A stretch of 64,000 nt of DNA from positions 6,014,001 to 6,078,000 of the forward strand of contig NC_134028.1 of assembly GCF_964204645.1 (NCBI RefSeq). Direction: 5' to 3'. Shown here piece by piece: positions 1 through 13,775 of the stretch. Positions within the stretch are counted from its first letter, which is position 1. Each line of letters starts with the position of its first letter. Position numbers and translations under genes: made by a program. The notes beneath the pieces are model-generated. The model was given only the letters and a program-made list of their open reading frames with translations, was not told where the DNA came from and searched no databases. This DNA is from Tubulanus polymorphus. Taxonomy: Eukaryota; Animalia; Nemertea.

Positions 1-24
1 ATAATTCATTTTCTTCGCTTGAAG

Positions 25-3000
25 ATCATGGATAAAGTTTTGGACCCGGAAATTCATCAGCTCTACAAAGCGCAGGCAGCGAGTTTGATACGTAGTTATA
101 TGATGGGAGCCAGACCGAGTCAGGTTCACCAGGACAACCATCACCACGGTAATAGTAACAATAGCCATACTACAGCGGCGACTGTCAGCATCGAAACCGG
201 TATTCGTAAGGAGCATAAAATTGAAACGGCGAAAACTGAAGCTGAAAACCAGTCAAATACGACTACTGATTCTCGGTAAGTATGCTTTCTAAACGACCCC
301 TTGATTCCTTAAAACCTTCTAAATGGACAATGCTTTTAAAAGTGTGTGAAACTCTTTTAATTTATCAAAATGCCTGAAGCTCCTTCAATTTTGAGAAATA
401 GGTGATTAGAAATTTTGTCTAGTTTGTAGTTGTATAGTAAACTATACCTAAATTGGTACAGTTGGGATTTGTTTTTACCCTATTGGGCGGTTACCAAATT
501 AGAAACCAAGTTAAGGTAGTCTTGAGGATAAAAATTTGCTCGCCGTACAAAACCCCGAAATTAATTGTTTACCGAGATAAACAGTACCAATTTAGGAGGG
601 GTCTACAGTAATTGCAATGCAGACACTTCCTCGAAATTTGAAACTTTCTAATGTATTTCAAACATGTTTATTTTAGTTCGAAGGCTGCTGAATTGTCCGC
701 TTGTCAGAATACTGCCACGCCTGGTTCGAATTGGCAGACGGTCACTGTTACGAACGGCGTCCAAAATCTAGAATACCTGAATTTAGAGCAGAAATTCACT
801 CAATTGAGCACCCACGCTACCAACGGTGGAGCGCGTCCTAAAGCTACATCAGGAATCTACAACAGGTAGTATATACAAAATCTGTCCCCAGGGTATGGAG
901 AAAAATGTGTTTGTATTGTGATTAATTGAGATATCTTCTATTTTTGTAGCAATAGGGACACGGATAGTTCAGCTTTGGAAGATGACGGTGAAGGTAGTGG
1001 GGACTATAAAGCTTGGGAGGCCAAGTTCAGATGTACAAATCTAAAAACATTCAAGAAATCATCCGGAGGTGAGTTCACTTAATAGTTATTTCTAATACGG
1101 TACAGCTTAGAATTACTTACTCTCGATCGGAACATGTTTGAAAGGATAGGATATTTATTTTTTTAAGTGCACTATATAATTATGAAGGATCCAGTGTTGT
1201 CTAGCCGGCTGTACTTAGTACAAAGGCACTGAACCCTGTGCATGGTGCAAACGGGTGCAAGATGCATGAACAATTGATGATAAAGCCGATGAAACAATGT
1301 ACACTGTTCATGATTTGATTTATTTACAAACACTAATCAATTTGTATTTTAAACATGAACAAAATTACGAGAATTGTTAATCGATTTTTAGTTAGTTTTT
1401 TGTTGAACTGTAATGCTAGGTGTTTGGGTATATTATCGTTGCTTTATCGTGAAACTGTATTGTCTATTTCCAGGAATGGCCAGCATCGACAGCAGCGCGC
1501 CGGAGACGACGTCTAGCGACAATTCACCGACGCTTGTTCGTCGTAATAAAAGCAAACACCAGGGTCCGGGAAGCGATTGTAGCAGTAGCGGTAAGAGTAG
1601 CGATTCACTCGGCTCGAGCAGCTCGGGCGATAAGGGCGCCGCTAGTAAAATACGAGATAACGAAAGCCCGATCGGGCCGTTCGTGACCGGTCGAATGAAC
1701 GTGCTCGATCCACGCACGCCGGGTATGGCCTGTCTGAAAGGTGGAAGGTATGTATCGGTCGGGACCCTGGGGCAAATGACCGATTCCTATAAATGAGCTT
1801 ATCTCCTCAGTCCTGAGCTAGGTCTGGTCAGTGTCTTAGTCTTAATGTAACTGGATCCAGTTTTCCTAGAGCTAATATTTAGTAACGAACTGACATTTGG
1901 TTGCTTAAGTCTGTAAACAGTCAATAAATCATGATAAGAAAGGTTTAAACACCAACCCTTTGAAACCCGCCCAAGTTGAATTTGTAATAGTAATTCAATT
2001 CCTATAGCGCCCTTTCTCTAAGTGGTACGATGTTCAAAGCTGCTTTCCATTGAATTGGTATTATTACGTATTATTAAACTCTTAACCACGTATCAGTCAT
2101 CAGGCCAGGTACCCATTTACTACTCGAGTAAACCCATGACCTGGAGTTGAACGCTCTAACCACTCATTCATACCGCCTTATATCACTGCTATTTGTCATC
2201 TATTCCAGACATAAGAATAAGAATCGAATGCCGACGATCCCGAATCAGCCGAGCGAGGCACTCGCTCATTTCATGTTCGAATTGGCTAAAACTGTTCTGA
2301 CTAAAGCCGGCGGAAACAGTTCGACGTCATTGTTTACCCAACCGTCGAACAATAACGCTCCTAGTGGACCACATAGGAACTTACATCTGTGCGCATTCCA
2401 AATCGGACTGTACGCATTGGGTATACATAATTGTGTATCTCCGAACTGGTTATCACGTACTTACTCGTCTCATGTGTCCTGGATTACTGGTGAGTATTCA
2501 TGAACCTGTTGTGATGAATATTTAACGCAACAGGGTTTACTGTTGACAATGAGCTCATTTTGAAAAATCTGAACTTGGTGTTCAACTGTTTTATCCATTC
2601 AACTGTTTTATCCATTTTTATCCAGTCAATTTATATATTGTTTGAATCTGTTTGACCTTAAAAATGACGTCTTTTTTATAGGTCAAGCGATGGAGATAGG
2701 CAGCGCGGCTGTCAATATTTTAATCGATACCTGGGAGGGGCATCTGACTCCGCCGGAAGCTGCTAACCTAGCCGACCGCGCTTCGCGAGGGCGCGATCCG
2801 AACATGGTTCGAGTCGCCGCCGAACTAGCGTTGGCGTGTTTACCGAACGCTTCGTCGTTGAATCCGAACGAGATCCAGCGAGCTTTAATTCAGTGTAAAG
2901 AGCAGAGTCAACAGATGCTCGAACGCGCGTGCCTCGCCGTCGAAAGCGCCGCGAAAGATGGCGGCGTTTACCCGGAGGTTTTATTCGACGTCGCTAGACG

Positions 3001-5322
3001 TTGGTACGAGCTGTACGAAGAGGCGAAACAGGGACACGCCGTCGCGACGCAATCGGACGTGCGCGGCGGACCGGTACCCGCGCACGTCGTCGAAGAGATG
3101 CAGGCGGTCGTGCCGGTCGCGTTGGACCGAAATAGTCCGCAGTCCGTTCTACAGATGGTTCCGTTCCAGCAGATTCCGACGTCGAGCGTCGGTCAGTCGA
3201 CGCAGCAGGCGATCGTGCGCGGACAACATCCGCAAGCAGCGACCGTTACGATACCGTACACGATCCCTCAGGCGGCGCCGACTCATCAGATCTATCCGTA
3301 CGCGTACAGCTACGTGCAGGTTCCGGCGTTCGGTCACCACCAGCCGACGCAGCCGACGCATATTCATCAGATTCCCGCTCAAGTTCACCCGGCGTACGTC
3401 GCGACGACGTACTCGTATCCGAACCAGGCGCAACATCACTTCACGAACATACAAAACATGCACGGCAGCAACGCGTCGATGTACCACCACGCGAACCACG
3501 CCGCCGCCGGTCACATTCGACCGGGCATGCCGACATTCGTGCACACCGGCCATACGGTTAATAATTTACAGCCGCCGAGAGTGTTAGCCGCTCAAGGACA
3601 GGTTCAAGGCGTTCCGAGTATCGAACACGTGGCCATAGATCATTCGCAGATCGAGTCTCAACATCAACAGGTTCGTTTTCGAACAGGGTGTGGGTGGGTC
3701 GTATAGTCATTCAAGTCGTATAGTCATCCATTTCCAAAATAAATCGGAAATGTGCGCATTTTCGCATTTTACCTAGATGCTTGATAGCTAGATTGCTTGT
3801 AAAATCAAATGGTTTTCGTCTACTGGTATGTCTAATGTATTTGACTGTGTTAATTGATTGGGTTCGTAGCAGATAAAGTCAGGTTAAACTAGGTACATGT
3901 CAGGGAATTTAACCAATTTAAATCAAAGATATGGTTTTATAGCTAGCAAATTACTTGTACCAGCTTGATAGTTAAAGTTTTGAGTTGAATTTGAATCAGA
4001 TATTTTTCAAATGCAGTCAATCCATTGAAAATTAAAAAGAACAAACATTTGGACTAATCCTGACTTAACATATCAAACCTTAGTTTGTGTAGATAAATGA
4101 ATTTGTGTACTTTTTTTAGGCTGCCGCGAACAGTCCACAGTCGGTTGGTCAACAATATCTACTAGCTACGTACAGAGTAGGTATGTTAGCGATGGAGACT
4201 TTAGCTCGACGAGTACACGATGACCGGCCACTGGCTAAATACGCTAGAAATCCACCGTACGGGGAAGACGTCAAGTGGGTACTATCGATAACTAAAAAAC
4301 TAGGTAGGACCCGTTTAGAAAAAGTTCTCAAGAATCTGGCGATGGAATGCACTTGAAAGTAAAAGGTTAAATGTGATTTTCTTTTCTCCATTCCGATACA
4401 GGAACGAGTTATCTGTCGCAGTTTTGTGCTAGCGCCGTAAATGCCGTAGTCAGTCCGTTTATTCTTTACGAGATCACGATCGACGTCGCTCATTTCCTGG
4501 CCAGGAATAATCCTACACAGGTGTCGAATCAACTACGTTCACCGATTCTTAGTCCAGTCGTACAGAAGTGTCTGCAAATGTGAGTTCTTTTATTTTCTTT
4601 TTAATGAGTAGGGGATGAAATGTACTTTTTCGAAACATGCAATCATAACTCAATGGGCTTGAATTTCTGGCCTGTAGTTAGATCGATTGCAATACAAATG
4701 ATTAGACCAGAGATGCCAAGAAAGATGCACTGCATGAGGCTGAACAATTTTAGATTGGATCTCTTTGTGCCTGTGAAAGAGCAGGGTGGCCCCTTCACCT
4801 GGAAATCAAGGAAATATCACAGGGAATTTTCTTTTCTTAAAAGATATTATGGAAATTTGTTATGATTGCTAGATGGCATGTGAGATCAAACGGTTTTCGT
4901 CTTTGCCTTGCATATTTGACTGTGTTAATCGATTGGATTCTTAGCTGATCAAGTCAGGGAAAACAATGTGCATGTCAGGGAATAGTCTGGGGAAAAAGCA
5001 AGTCGACTAATAGTGGCCACCCTGAAGTGTTTTACGCTGTGAATCTAGAGAAATTTCTAGCTAGCAATTTTATCTAATCGATGTGGTCACTTTTCTTTGC
5101 AGGTTTGTTACGTGCAGTCACCAGCGTATCAGTCATATAACACAGGCAGATTACGACGATTTCGTCGGTATCGTTTGTAGCGCTCGCAACGCGTTCTGCA
5201 TGACGCCCGGCGGCATGGTACAATTCAATGAACTGTTGCAGAGTCTTCGCCGTTCGAAGTTCTGCAAAAAGGATCTCTGGCAGAGAATCGTCAATGGCTT
5301 AGCGACCGGAAATATATCTTAA
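25..5322 (+). CDS. ZSWIM8: Zinc finger SWIM domain-containing protein 8, 3' portion (5' end lies upstream of the window)
   Basis: Exons with GT-AG boundaries and continuous frame: 25-275, 677-865, 950-1068, 1474-1747, 2209-2489, 2682-3670, 4120-4303, 4402-4579, 5103-5322 (TAA). Peptides GMASIDSSAPETTSSDNSPTL, PNQPSEALAHFMFELAKTVLTKAGGNSSTSLFTQ, GPHRNLHLCAFQIGLYALG, WLSRTYSSHVSWITGQAMEIG, RVGMLAMETLARRVHDDRP and DYDDFVGIVCSARNAFCMTPGGMVQFNELLQSLRRSK match the ZSWIM8/EBAX-1/Dora C-terminal region as I recognise it. Confidence 0.95.
293..645 (+). mobile_element. Interspersed non-autonomous repeat family A, copy in a ZSWIM8 intron
   Basis: Blocks 'ccttgattccttaaaac...aatgcttttaaaag...gaaactc' and 'ctacagtaat...atgcagacacttcctcgaaattt' recur at about 58835-59140 (+), 51888-52268 (-) and 54260-54513 (-). 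Ends approximate. Confidence 0.7.
1985..2175 (-). mobile_element. Degenerate SINE-like remnant
   Basis: The minus strand reads GAGTGGTTAGAGCG (tRNA A-box-like), then GTAAATGGGTACCTGG (core motif common in invertebrate SINEs), then a ...GCGCTATAGGAAT tail. Confidence 0.45.
4782..5024. mobile_element. MITE with CAGGGTGGCC...GGCCACCCTG terminal inverted repeats (family B)
   Basis: 10-bp perfect TIR. The internal sequence aligns by eye with about 3775-3910, and a reversed relative lies at about 62645-62840. No clear target-site duplication. Confidence 0.7.
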
Positions 5323-6056
5323 CGCCGGCCACGTTTAGGCCAATATTTAGACACAGAAATGAACTTTACAATTTAGATTTAGAAAAGATTTGAAAGAAAA
5401 AAATCTTCGCCAGAAGAAAAATTTATAAAAACAAAACAAAAAACATTAAAACGAAAGATTATAATAATATATTTATTTCTAATTGATTTGATTGTAAAAA
5501 CTTTTTTGAAATATCCAATGTTTTTATTATGCACCTATTGCCCCTTTTCCCTTAGAATGGTCTAGTCGGATGTCCATGTTATTTCATAAGTGGAAGTTAC
5601 CATTTCGGGTGGGGTGAGGGCTTGACTGTCATCCGAAGTAGCAGTCTTTGTTATATCAAAAGAACTTTATATCTTTTTGAGCAATGAAATCATTACAGTA
5701 ATGTAAAATGTTAGGAATAGAGACTTTTTTTTAAACATAAAAACAGACAAGCTTCTATTGTGTACATGAGATTAATTGGTAGGTCGCAAAAGCTCTCGAA
5801 ATCTGCTGATAATTTATTTGAGAATCTATCCTGCATTGGGAGTGCGATAGATTATAATCAGGACAACCGCAAATCGGCGTGATGTCAGGATTTGAAATTT
5901 CCAGCAGATTGCGACCGGTTTTATCGCCTACGCAAAAAATAATATTACTACGCGTGACTTTTTGGACGAAGAATCGTTCTTCATCACCCCCGATCGCTAA
6001 CAACTCTCAGGAATATAATATTAGAACAATAGCGTATGTCAGTAGTTAAAGTTGAA

Positions 6057-6224
<168 letters not shown>

Positions 6225-7568
6225 ATGTAGATTTAGTCAGCTTAATTTAATAGTTATTATGATATGATCTATAATCTTAATGTATAGTAAGTATGCAAGA
6301 AGAAAAGAGATATTTTTATGATTAGGATTAGTTTGATTTGCACGATTAAATTTTACACCCGATTTTGAAATATTGTACGTACGTGTTATTATAAGTTGAT
6401 ATATTCCAGAGTGGTTCTCTCTTGTGCATCGCTATTTCGCTACTGATTCATGCTATTTTCACTATTCGATGTTCATCTCTATTTTTCAAGATCTCTTTAT
6501 CGCGTATAGAATGGAAGATATGTTAATGAATTATTATTCTATGATCAACGTAAAGTGAGTTGGAATGACGGTTGCACCTGTGCAACATGTTGAGTCCTTC
6601 CAGTCAGTTTAAGTAACTGTTGCGGGTTGGATCAGAATCAGAAAAAGTTAAAAAGATTTTACAAGTATCTGGAAAGTTAGGAGCAGTAGCAAAATTGGTA
6701 GTTTGATTATTTGATAGCTGGGCTGGTTTTGATGATGTGAAATTCTACTTAGTTGCACAATCAACCTTTGAGTCGGTGTTACCTAACACTTATTTGAAAA
6801 CCAAAAATTCTCTTCATCCTTTTTAGTACACAGGCAAATTGTTGAATGAATTAACTTTTTGCTTGCTCAAAATCAAAATTAACCTACATTTGTATTTGTA
6901 TATACATATACATTTTGCTGGTATATATTTTGACGTAATGACATATTCCTTCGTGAGTATCTGTGCGCGCATGCGTTTTTCGTGTTTAAAACTCTTTGAA
7001 ATTCTATACACAAAAAAAGTAAACTAGATGAAAATATTCACTATTAGTAATGAACCATCCTGCCCATATACATGTGACATTAATGTTATTATTAGCCCAT
7101 TCGGGGGAAGCCCCAGATGACTATTGCATTCACCTTTCATCCGTCCGTTCACTCGCGTAAGGAATCAAATTACTTGTACTTTGGCAAGTTTTCAACATGC
7201 TATTGGAATATATATTCTAATTTTCAATTTCGACCGGTACCTGTGCAAATATTTTGTGATCACAATCATTTGCAAAGTTGTAGCCCATGATGGTGGGGGG
7301 CAATGAAAATTGAAATTGTCAGATTGTCAAGCACTTCAGTACCGCTTCTCAAGTGGGTATGGTGTCTCTGGACCCCCTAGTTATTATTTGGATGAATATT
7401 AGAATTTGTTTGTGCGTTTGTAAACAAAACTACTATTTAAAAAAAAACTACCTACTTGCCTTCTGTACGTACTTTCAAACGTATAGACAAAAAAATAAAA
7501 ACAAAACTTTTTATCTGCTTTAAAAACTACTGTTGGACTGTTGGAATAAGTCATCATCAGTGACATCT

Positions 7569-7665
7569 ACATCATCACCATCATCATCATTATTGGCGCG
7601 ATCTATATATCATCCTTATTATTATCATCATTATTATTATCATTATTATTATTATTATTATATTA
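7569..7665. repeat. Compound (CAT)n/(TAT)n trinucleotide low-complexity tract
   Basis: catcatcaccatcatcatcat...attattattattatta. Similar tracts occur at about 10341-10375 and 11548-11590. Confidence 0.85.
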
Positions 7666-8141
7666 TGATGAATATTATTACGATTATATGACAGTTTTTA
7701 CTAGTCAAAATTGTGTGTATTGTGTCATCTTCGTGAACTAAAAAAATACATATAACGATTGTTGTTGAAGAAAAAAAATCATTTCGAAATCAGTCTCTGT
7801 CAAACTTCATTCATTGTTGTTGTTGTTTATGTTATTGCATGTTTTTAAAGATCAAAATGTGCTCGTAACGATGCCCATTTTAATACGGGATTTTAGATTC
7901 GCAAATTGTGTGCGAATTTTTAACCATATGCGTACATATTATATTGCTCACTGTTGTAGCTTATGGTTTACTAAAGAAGTTTGTGGCGCCGTAAGCCGTG
8001 TAATCATAATTCATTCTTTGACTGTATGATTCGAAGTCCATCTCTGACTCTTATAAGTGATGTCACGCTTATAAGTAGTAGTCTCGGTCGGACTCATATG
8101 GGTAATAGTCATTATCTAAAATAGAGAATCCCACACTGATA

Positions 8142-8230
8142 TGACGAAAGATGACGTCGGAAAAGTTTCCTCACAACCAATGATTTATCAATTCAACGTT
8201 TCGACTATAACCTCATCTTCAGGAATACTG
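8142..8230 (-). mobile_element. Penelope-like element terminal-repeat fragment with degenerate hammerhead motif
   Basis: The minus strand reads UAUUC-CUGAAGA-UGAGGUUAUAGUC-GAAAC-GUU-GAAU, with stem II disrupted. The flank 'agagaatcccacactgat' is shared with the copy near 40380. Confidence 0.6.
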
Positions 8231-9115
8231 AAGTCATTATCTTAAAGTATTAGATGACTTGTGGTGTGAAGACTATGGTTACAGAACTTTGTTCGACTCT
8301 ATAGCGTACTGTGGTGTACTATGATATGTCTGGTTGCAACACTTACCGGTATTGCTTGAATAACAGTGGAATACTTACTTGATAATTTAAGAAAGGCTCT
8401 TGCTGATTGATAAAGCCGTGTTGGTTTTGATTGTAAGCATTTGATTACGGTGCACATTGATTTATTATTAGCATAAGGTAGATTTCTTCGATGAATGTAC
8501 GGATTATTACCTATGTTCTTATAACAGACAAAATTGAATCATCACCAAATATATCAGGCTTCTTGTAGGTTTTGGAAAGCTATGGAAATTATGCTTTAAT
8601 CTCTGTGACTAAGTAAAAACTATGGAAAATCGGAAAACGGTCTCAAAAAGAATTTCCCTTGCATTTTGAATTTTAGGCTTTATGGCTAATTGTCTTGCTC
8701 AGAATTTTGATAACAACAAGGATGTGTTACCATATCACATTGTTCACGGCCATAACACCTTTGAGAACAATCTTTATGGAAACACGTCAATGATATTTAT
8801 TGATAATGAAACTGGCCAACCCGTAAGAACCCTGGTATGTTCTCGCTGAAGCTTATTGTCAAAGCACTATCATAGCTCTCATGAAGACCACAGATCAGCC
8901 GGGTACCTAAGAATTTTTCCTAAACCCAGGCCCAAAGAAATGAATTCAAACTCGAAATCATTTGACATAATGTTAGTTGCTGTTGACATTTTTCAACCAG
9001 ATTAACATTTTAGTTCTGGTAAAACCCAGTATATGAAATGGAATATACCACAAAGGCCCACTGGTAAAATATCTCTAAATCAGCCACACACAAACATGCA
9101 GAATAGATTATATAT

Positions 9116-9325
9116 GATAAAAACCCAGTTTGAACAAATTTGATAGCAAAATTTTATTATTCAAAAATTAAAAATTTGAAAGCAAAATTTAACTACTCAA
9201 AAATAAAAAACAGAGGGAACTTGACGATGATCTCAAGAGATAATTTGAATCGTTGAGTCCTCGGTTTTTAATTTTTGAATTATGAATATTACTTTAAAAT
9301 TTGTCCATAGTGGGTGGTTTTTATC
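9116..9325. repeat. Imperfect foldback (long inverted repeat)
   Basis: Paired blocks gataaaaaccca/tgggtggtttttatc, ttcaaaaattaaaaa/tttttaatttttgaa and gagggaacttgacgat/atcgttgagtcctc. Confidence 0.7.
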
Positions 9326-10338
9326 GTACATGTATATTCTACCAAGGTGTTTGTTGCGGAAAAACATCTGTAGTGGTGTGTAGACCCATTATCATCATCA
9401 TCATATTACACGTTCTTGTCGCGTACATGCGCATGTGAGCCACATGTTGATAAACATGCGCGCGAGTCTCGTAGTATGATGTGTATATAGAGTTGTATAA
9501 GGGGGATATTGTATTATAGATTGTGTATGTAATAAAAAAAAACGATGCTTTTTGTAGTAATTTTACGTAGTGAATTGTGGTGTATCGTATGTTTGTGTGT
9601 GTTAGCGAGAAATTACACTTTCTCCGACACAAAATAGCAAATTGATGATGATAATAATTTTTAATATATGATATTAATGAGATAATAATGATTATTATGT
9701 TATGATTATTATCATTATTATCGACGATTATCATTTATTTCGAAATGCAAATTTTTGCTCATTATTTCATGTCGTGTACTAGATAATCAATAATCCGAAA
9801 ATAACTGTTATCGATAATTATGATTATTAATTATTAATATTATCGGTATTAATATTAGTATATTATATAAATCAGTAGGCAGTATCGATATGTGAAATTA
9901 TCGTATTTGACAGAAGAAAAGAAAACTTTTTATACAAATTTTCAATGATTCGTCGATATTCATTTATTCATGATATTAACTTGTTGATCCATATTTTTTG
10001 TTGAGATGAAATATCGGCCTTGACCTGTTAAGTCTAATTTCTCGGGCTGGAAATGATCAAATCGTTGCCAAAAATGTGTTTTTGCTTTGTGAAGAAATCA
10101 TAACGAAGGAATCGTTGATAGATATACATATTGACTTAGCTGCTTTAGGTCATATCTTGTTTAAGTCTTAATTTAACGGTGTTTTAAAGATTTTTGAAAG
10201 TTTTTGCAAATTGTTGAAATTTTATTATATAGCCTTACTCAGCGATTAGAAAAACGTTTTGCTTGATATTACCAAAATATCCATTTCCTATTAGACTAAA
10301 CAGGTCGATGGTCAATATTTTTTCTGTTGTTTCACTCA

Positions 10339-10377
<39 letters not shown>

Positions 10378-12308
10378 TGTTGAGAATTCAAAGTTCATCC
10401 ATTGATAGAATGTATAATTTTACACTAATATTGAATATAGATAAACGAAGAGGCTGTTTACAAAATGTTTAACGAAGATTTCTATTTTTTAAAAGAGATT
10501 TCATTGAAATGATGAGCTGTATTTCCAACCATTTCAGTAATCGATGTGTCATCTACCATCATGTGTTGTATGTCCAAAAAGTCTGTGTCTTTGAAAATAC
10601 CTAATGTAGCCACAAGCCAGTTTCCGTTTATTTTCTCTGAAAGTTAGTAAGTACCGGGTTGTAGTGGTCATATCCGATTGTTTAGTTAAGATCTAACTGG
10701 ATCCCCTGAACTGGAAACTGCGTAGTTTGAGCCAGTTATACGGTAGTCACATTAGTTTGACAACTCTGTCTATTTCAGTCGATCCATGTGCTGTGACAAG
10801 TTTCTCAGTTCGGGAATCGGTAATGATTGAGTTGGTTATTTGATTTTGTATCTGAAGACTCAGAATTTCTAAAAGTATCAATAGTTTAGGATCAATTATT
10901 ATTTTTTTGAATACTGTTTGTCATTCCCTTGAAATGTTTGTAATAACGGCATGGTATTTTTTTGTGTCAATAATAATTTTTCGGCCATTGTGGGCAAACA
11001 TTTTTCAGATGATGATGAACTTTGACCTTTTCACTGTCGAGTTGTTTCAGGATTTCGAAAAGCGGATAATATATTATGACATATTATCATGCCTTAGCTT
11101 GTTATTTTGCACACATTTTACTTTTTAGACGGAATAAACCACATTTTTGAAATTCTGTTACTGTATCGCTTCACTTTCAGTTAGAGAATTCAAATCGAAA
11201 TGCGTTTCTATCCATTGCGAACTTTGGGTGCACGGATTTGTATCAGATGGTTGGCCTCACCACTTTACCCAAATAAATAAGAAGAAAACCCTGAGGTCGA
11301 CCTTAGTTATGACCACCCCTGCACCTGAATGTCACCCAGACTGTTGTAACTTACTTAACTGTGAAAATTGTTGATCAAGCGCCCCAGTTTCATGAAAAAG
11401 ATTTAAGTCCTAAATTGATTCAATATAAACTGATGAAGAAATTAAATCGATGCAAAACTTTTTCATGAAACCGAACATTTCATCGCCTGGTTGTGTGTTA
11501 CTACTGAATAAGTAAAATTCATTGTCATTTTGCATACACTGTATTACCATCACCAACACCATCATCATCGTCGTCATCATCATCATCATTGTATAACGTG
11601 AACTTTGAAGAGTATAATGATTATTGATATATAGTTCTACATAAAAAAATTATACATATATTAAACAATATTATATATAACTAACTATACTTGACAATAT
11701 TTTTATTTTGTAAATATAACTTACAACAATTCTTTTTTCGTCTTTTATTATTATGATTATTATTGATTACTGAATTAATGATGATGTTTTTATGTTGACA
11801 ATTTCAACTGTATCTGTTACGATTGATGAATTGAAGGGAATAAATACAACAAGTAACAGGTCTGTATCTTGTTTATGTGTCAAAAACTTTTATTTTCGCT
11901 TTGTCTTAATTTCACGGTTTTGCTTCTCTCCCCCAGGGAACCACAATCCATCTGACCTTATCGAACATGGTTCCATACTACTCCAAGGTTCAATAGATTC
12001 AGTATTGATTTTCATCCAACTGAATATTGTGCTCAAGTAAACTTTCAGATATTCGAGGAGGCCATATGTTACTCTGGTTGGCCATGCTGTCACCATTCAG
12101 CAGCTGGGTTTGGGATCTTTTTACTAGCAATCAATATCAATACGTGGCGATACTAATTACCGTACTAGAAATCCATGACGTAGCAAGTTTGTTTTGTTCA
12201 ATATATGATTGCACCCAATTCTGCTGAAAGAGCTATTTACATTCTCCACACTCATTTCATCCAAGGGACTTCAGAGATTAGGAATCAATGACATCATAAG
12301 GCTCCATA

Positions 12309-12458
12309 TATAGAGGATCCAACACTAACCTAACGAGAAAGATTAAGTCCGAAAAACCTTCCTTTCAAGCTGATAATTGTTTCGACTACAACCTAATGGT
12401 CATCTTCAAGAATATTGAAGATGACTTCATCTTTCACACTAGCGTGGAATCCTCTATA
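12309..12458. mobile_element. Foldback element derived from Penelope-like repeat, with decayed hammerhead
   Basis: Outer inverted arms tatagaggatccaacacta / tagcgtggaatcctctata. The internal gtttcgactac...gtcatcttcaagaata resembles the 40460-40498 motif with the core mutated. Confidence 0.55.
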
Positions 12459-13775
12459 GTTACAATGAACATAGTGATTCACCAATGGTTATCCCAAGGC
12501 TCCATTTTATTCCCCCTTGGTGTAGGTAGTCTCATCATACATGTACTAGTCTCATCATACATGTAACTGTAATTTGTATATATGCATGTGACAATAATGT
12601 ATTTTCTTTTCTGTGCTCGAAATTTTGTTAAAAAAATGGAGCAATAAAGATAATAATAATATTTAGTTCTTCCTCCAAAGAGCAGTCTCCGTCCATATAT
12701 TTTTTTATCAATGCTTCGAAAGAAACAACTGAATCTAAAGCAAAATAATTTACATATAAAATCATTTATTCACATGTTTTTTTTTTCATTCAGATACAAA
12801 AATGGGGTTTAAACAGTCGATAAGACAAATGAATGAACATAAGGCATATTTTCAATTAAAACCAATTTCATTTACATGCTTTTAAATTCCCAAGGGTCGG
12901 AGCTGATAAATGCATTTAGTTTTCAACACGCAGCTCAGATGAAGAATTACAAAAACAAAATTTAAAACCCTAAAATATCAATTGTATGGTTTTTGGTCCC
13001 ATACACTGCGATTGTCAACAGTGTATATAATTTGTAGGAAAAATAGCTTCGCTGGACCAAAATCGACATTTTCTTTTGCCACGTTGAAAAAATAAAGAGT
13101 CACAGGATATGTCGAACTCAGTCGAGCTGAGAGGCATTACCACCATTTTGAATTTCAAAATACTGCATTGTTCGAATAAAACGCCACTTAAATACTATGA
13201 GTGATAAAAATTCTGGTTACAGAGAAAACTAATGATATTCTGCCAGGTTCGCCGGACTAATCGTAAGATTAATGTGAATTTGATACAATTTAAAACCTTT
13301 ACTCTGCTAATGCTATGTACAATGAAATATCAACACAAGACAAATCTACAATAGATGAGGTCCTAGCCGCCGTTATCACCATAACAAACATATCCGTGAT
13401 ATTTTGTTCCACTGACTTAAATAATGGCCCAGCATCGTAGGCAAACTAAAAACGTTTTCACAAGTCGCCCCTGCAGAATCGGCACAGTTGCGGCGGATGG
13501 ATTTAACAGTTTATTTTGACGCGCGAGGAATACAGTTTCGAAATAGTCTGAAAACCGCTTTCCAAACTTCATTCATCGATATATGTAATATTTGAAAGTA
13601 AAACGCTGCACATCTCTTGTGAAATGAATAACTTATTATTATGTTTTTTGTTATGAAATGAACGACGCTCTTTTCAGCGCGGGCTTCGGTCGACGGGAAA
13701 TTTTTTCGGCCACAACACCCTCTGATTTAAGCAGATCAATTCTCGAGAATATTTAGCACCTACGCGATCTTTTGG

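Noticed and set aside
2958-3587. 209-aa Arg-rich alternative-frame ORF and antisense ORF 3149-3553
   Set aside because: By-products of CG-rich codon usage in the ZSWIM8 exon; no recognisable domain.
12527-12565. 20-bp tandem duplication (also a 17-bp one at about 2581-2614) as a possible array
   Set aside because: Only two adjacent units with no spacers; ordinary slippage duplications, not CRISPR-like.
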